Shown: positions 31,783-33,195 of the stretch, piece after piece
How positions within the stretch are numbered: position 1 is the first letter of the stretch
How the letters are laid out: the number at the start of each line of letters is the position of its first letter
DNA from: Thermoplasmatota archaeon
Lineage (GTDB): Archaea > Thermoplasmatota > Thermoplasmata > SG8-5 > DAIRED01
Direction of reading: 5' to 3'
Length of the DNA: 33,195 nucleotides
NCBI GenBank assembly: GCA_036795795.1
Contig: DAIRED010000001.1
Coordinates: 1-33,195 of the forward strand
Notes under the pieces: generated by a model
Told to the model about the DNA's origin: nothing
Seen by the model: the letters and a program-made list of their open reading frames with translations, nothing else
Databases searched by the model: none
Program-made: the position numbers and the translations under genes

Positions 31783-33195
31783 TCAAACGCCGCCCCCTTC
31801 CGAATCGGGACATGCCTCCCCGAAGTCCATGAGAGTCTTCCCCCGGTCGTCCGTGAAGAGCGACGCCATCGACAGCTCGATCAGCGCAATCCTCTGCCGG
31901 GTGTAGGCGCTCACCTCGTACTCGTAGGCGAGCTTCTTCGTCTTCTCCAGGTACTTCGTCACGCTCCCGGGGTGCACGGTCAGGATGACCCCGTTCTTGC
32001 ACTTGCACTTCCCCGTCACCGGCATCCTGCGGTACTTGGTGTTGCACGCAGTGCACCTGAACCCCTGCGTGGTGAATTTCTTCAGGTTGCCTATCATGTC
32101 GGGGAGCAGATGGGCGTTGATGAGGCGCTCGGCGACGTCGTTCTCGTCCACGGCCGCCAGCTTCCGGGCGAGACTCATCTGGAGCTCCATCTTCCCATTC
32201 ATATCCTCTATCGTCTTGTACGACGAGACCATCGTTCCCTCGGCGATGTCCCGGGTGTCGTGCGTGAACATCAGGCCCTCGTACTGCAGGAGGCTGCCGA
32301 TGCGCTTCCCGGCGTTGTCGACGAGGCGCTCCGCGTCCTTGGGCGGCCGCCTGGCCTCCGCGAGGGCGTAGAATTCCGCAGGATACTCGGAGACTGCGTC
32401 AATGTTGAGCGCCTCCTTGTCGATTTCGGCCGGGTCGATTCTCGAAGAAAGTATCATCGGGGCGTCCATCCTGCCGCCGCGGCTCTCGGGAAGGTAGGCG
32501 AAGGAGAAGTTGAGCAGCGCATCCATCAGCACCATCACGCAGTCTTCGTCCCCATCGCAGTTGCGCCGCTTCGCCGCGTGGAAGTAGGGGTGCGCGTAGC
32601 AGACGCTCGCACCGGTGTACCCGATGAGCCTGCAGCAGACGCCGCCCGAGGTGTGAGGGCTGAGGCCGAGCAGTGCCTGGCCGAGCATGTCCTCCGCCTT
32701 TTTCAGGTTGTAGTATGGCGGCACACCGTAGAACCTTACCAGGAGATCGTCGAGGTACTGGGCGATCCTGAACAGGTAATCGACCCCGGACCGGCTGATG
32801 ATGACGTCCTGCGGCCGGATTTCCAGGACCTGCTCCGCCGATTCGAGGCGCTTCCCGCGGCAGTCGGTCTCGTATCCCAGCGCCCGCGCCTTCTCGACGG
32901 AGAGGTGTATCTCCCTCGGCTTGAAATGGGTCAGCGGTGCGTCGGTTATGTCGAAGCGTATAGTGCCGTCCTTGAAGACGGAGAGCCCGTGCTTGGCCCG
33001 GAGGATGCCCTTCTCGATCGGCTCCGGAATTTTCGTTTTGGACAGCATCCCCTTCACCCCCTTTACCTTCGTGCCCGAGGGGAGCTCCATCCTGCGCGCG
33101 GCTGGCTCGAAGACCGACCTCATGTCCAGCCGCCCCTTCATGACCCGACCAGTCGAGCGCGTCGCCTTCCCGCAGTTGGGGCAAGGCCTCATTTG
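31783..33195 (-). CDS. polC: DNA polymerase II (PolD) large subunit DP2, C-terminal ~470 codons (5' part beyond the window end)
   Basis: The frame stays open to position 33195. DP2-specific stretches include SPHTSGGVCCRLIGYTGASVCYAHPYFHAAKRRNCDGDEDCVMVLMDALLNFS, PESRGGRMDAPMIL, and the C-terminal Zn motif FRCTACNTKYRRMPVTGKCKC. Confidence 0.95.
   Translation of the reverse strand, partial: QMRPCPNCGKATRSTGRVMKGRLDMRSVFEPAARRMELPSGTKVKGVKGMLSKTKIPEPIEKGILRAKHGLSVFKDGTIRFDITDAPLTHFKPREIHLSVEKARALGYETDCRGKRLESAEQVLEIRPQDVIISRSGVDYLFRIAQYLDDLLVRFYGVPPYYNLKKAEDMLGQALLGLSPHTSGGVCCRLIGYTGASVCYAHPYFHAAKRRNCDGDEDCVMVLMDALLNFSFAYLPESRGGRMDAPMILSSRIDPAEIDKEALNIDAVSEYPAEFYALAEARRPPKDAERLVDNAGKRIGSLLQYEGLMFTHDTRDIAEGTMVSSYKTIEDMNGKMELQMSLARKLAAVDENDVAERLINAHLLPDMIGNLKKFTTQGFRCTACNTKYRRMPVTGKCKCKNGVILTVHPGSVTKYLEKTKKLAYEYEVSAYTRQRIALIELSMASLFTDDRGKTLMDFGEACPDSEGGGV

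Overview
High-GC archaeal chromosome segment: sampled 60-nt lines have 38/60 and 46/60 G+C. Archaeal markers are PolD DP2, archaeal-type GlyRS, Thi4, archaeal phosphopantothenate synthetase and a PriS-like primase. The window is almost fully coding, mostly on the minus strand, and nearly all host genes end in TGA. Left to right: a partial PP-loop ATPase, glyS, an amidohydrolase, a split or coupled wHTH gene pair, thi4, an RDD/zinc-ribbon membrane protein, carbamate kinase, a PriS-like primase, a small HTH ORF, a cupin-serA pair, an aminotransferase divergent from an FMN-dependent dehydrogenase, a Rab/Ras-like small GTPase, and a PfkB kinase-ahcY pair. Next comes an AT-rich island, then a translationally coupled operon (LEA_2-like protein, membrane protein, phosphopantothenate synthetase), then a five-gene Opp/Dpp-type ABC importer, then the 3' part of PolD DP2. 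The main anomaly is the ~4.2 kb island at about 15590-19795, where sampled lines have only 14/60 and 16/60 G+C. It sits between the ahcY and phosphopantothenate synthetase operons. It carries three co-oriented ORFs: a 1046-aa orphan with an M48/M78-like zincin signature (HEAMH ... EIIADIGAGLIGGP), a 127-aa coiled-coil + winged-helix protein, and a 60-aa basic protein. It also has iteron- and palindrome-like elements in its intergenic regions, but no integrase, tRNA or terminal repeats. I consider it the best candidate for an undescribed conflict or defence-type system, though its function is inference only. Secondary oddities: an OppC permease with a ~465-aa extracytoplasmic insert, a 1449-aa substrate-binding protein with an ~800-aa Ig-like stalk, the extended Rab-like GTPase, the N-terminally extended PriS-like protein, a possible -1 frameshift at ~3680, and an in-frame TAG at 7991.
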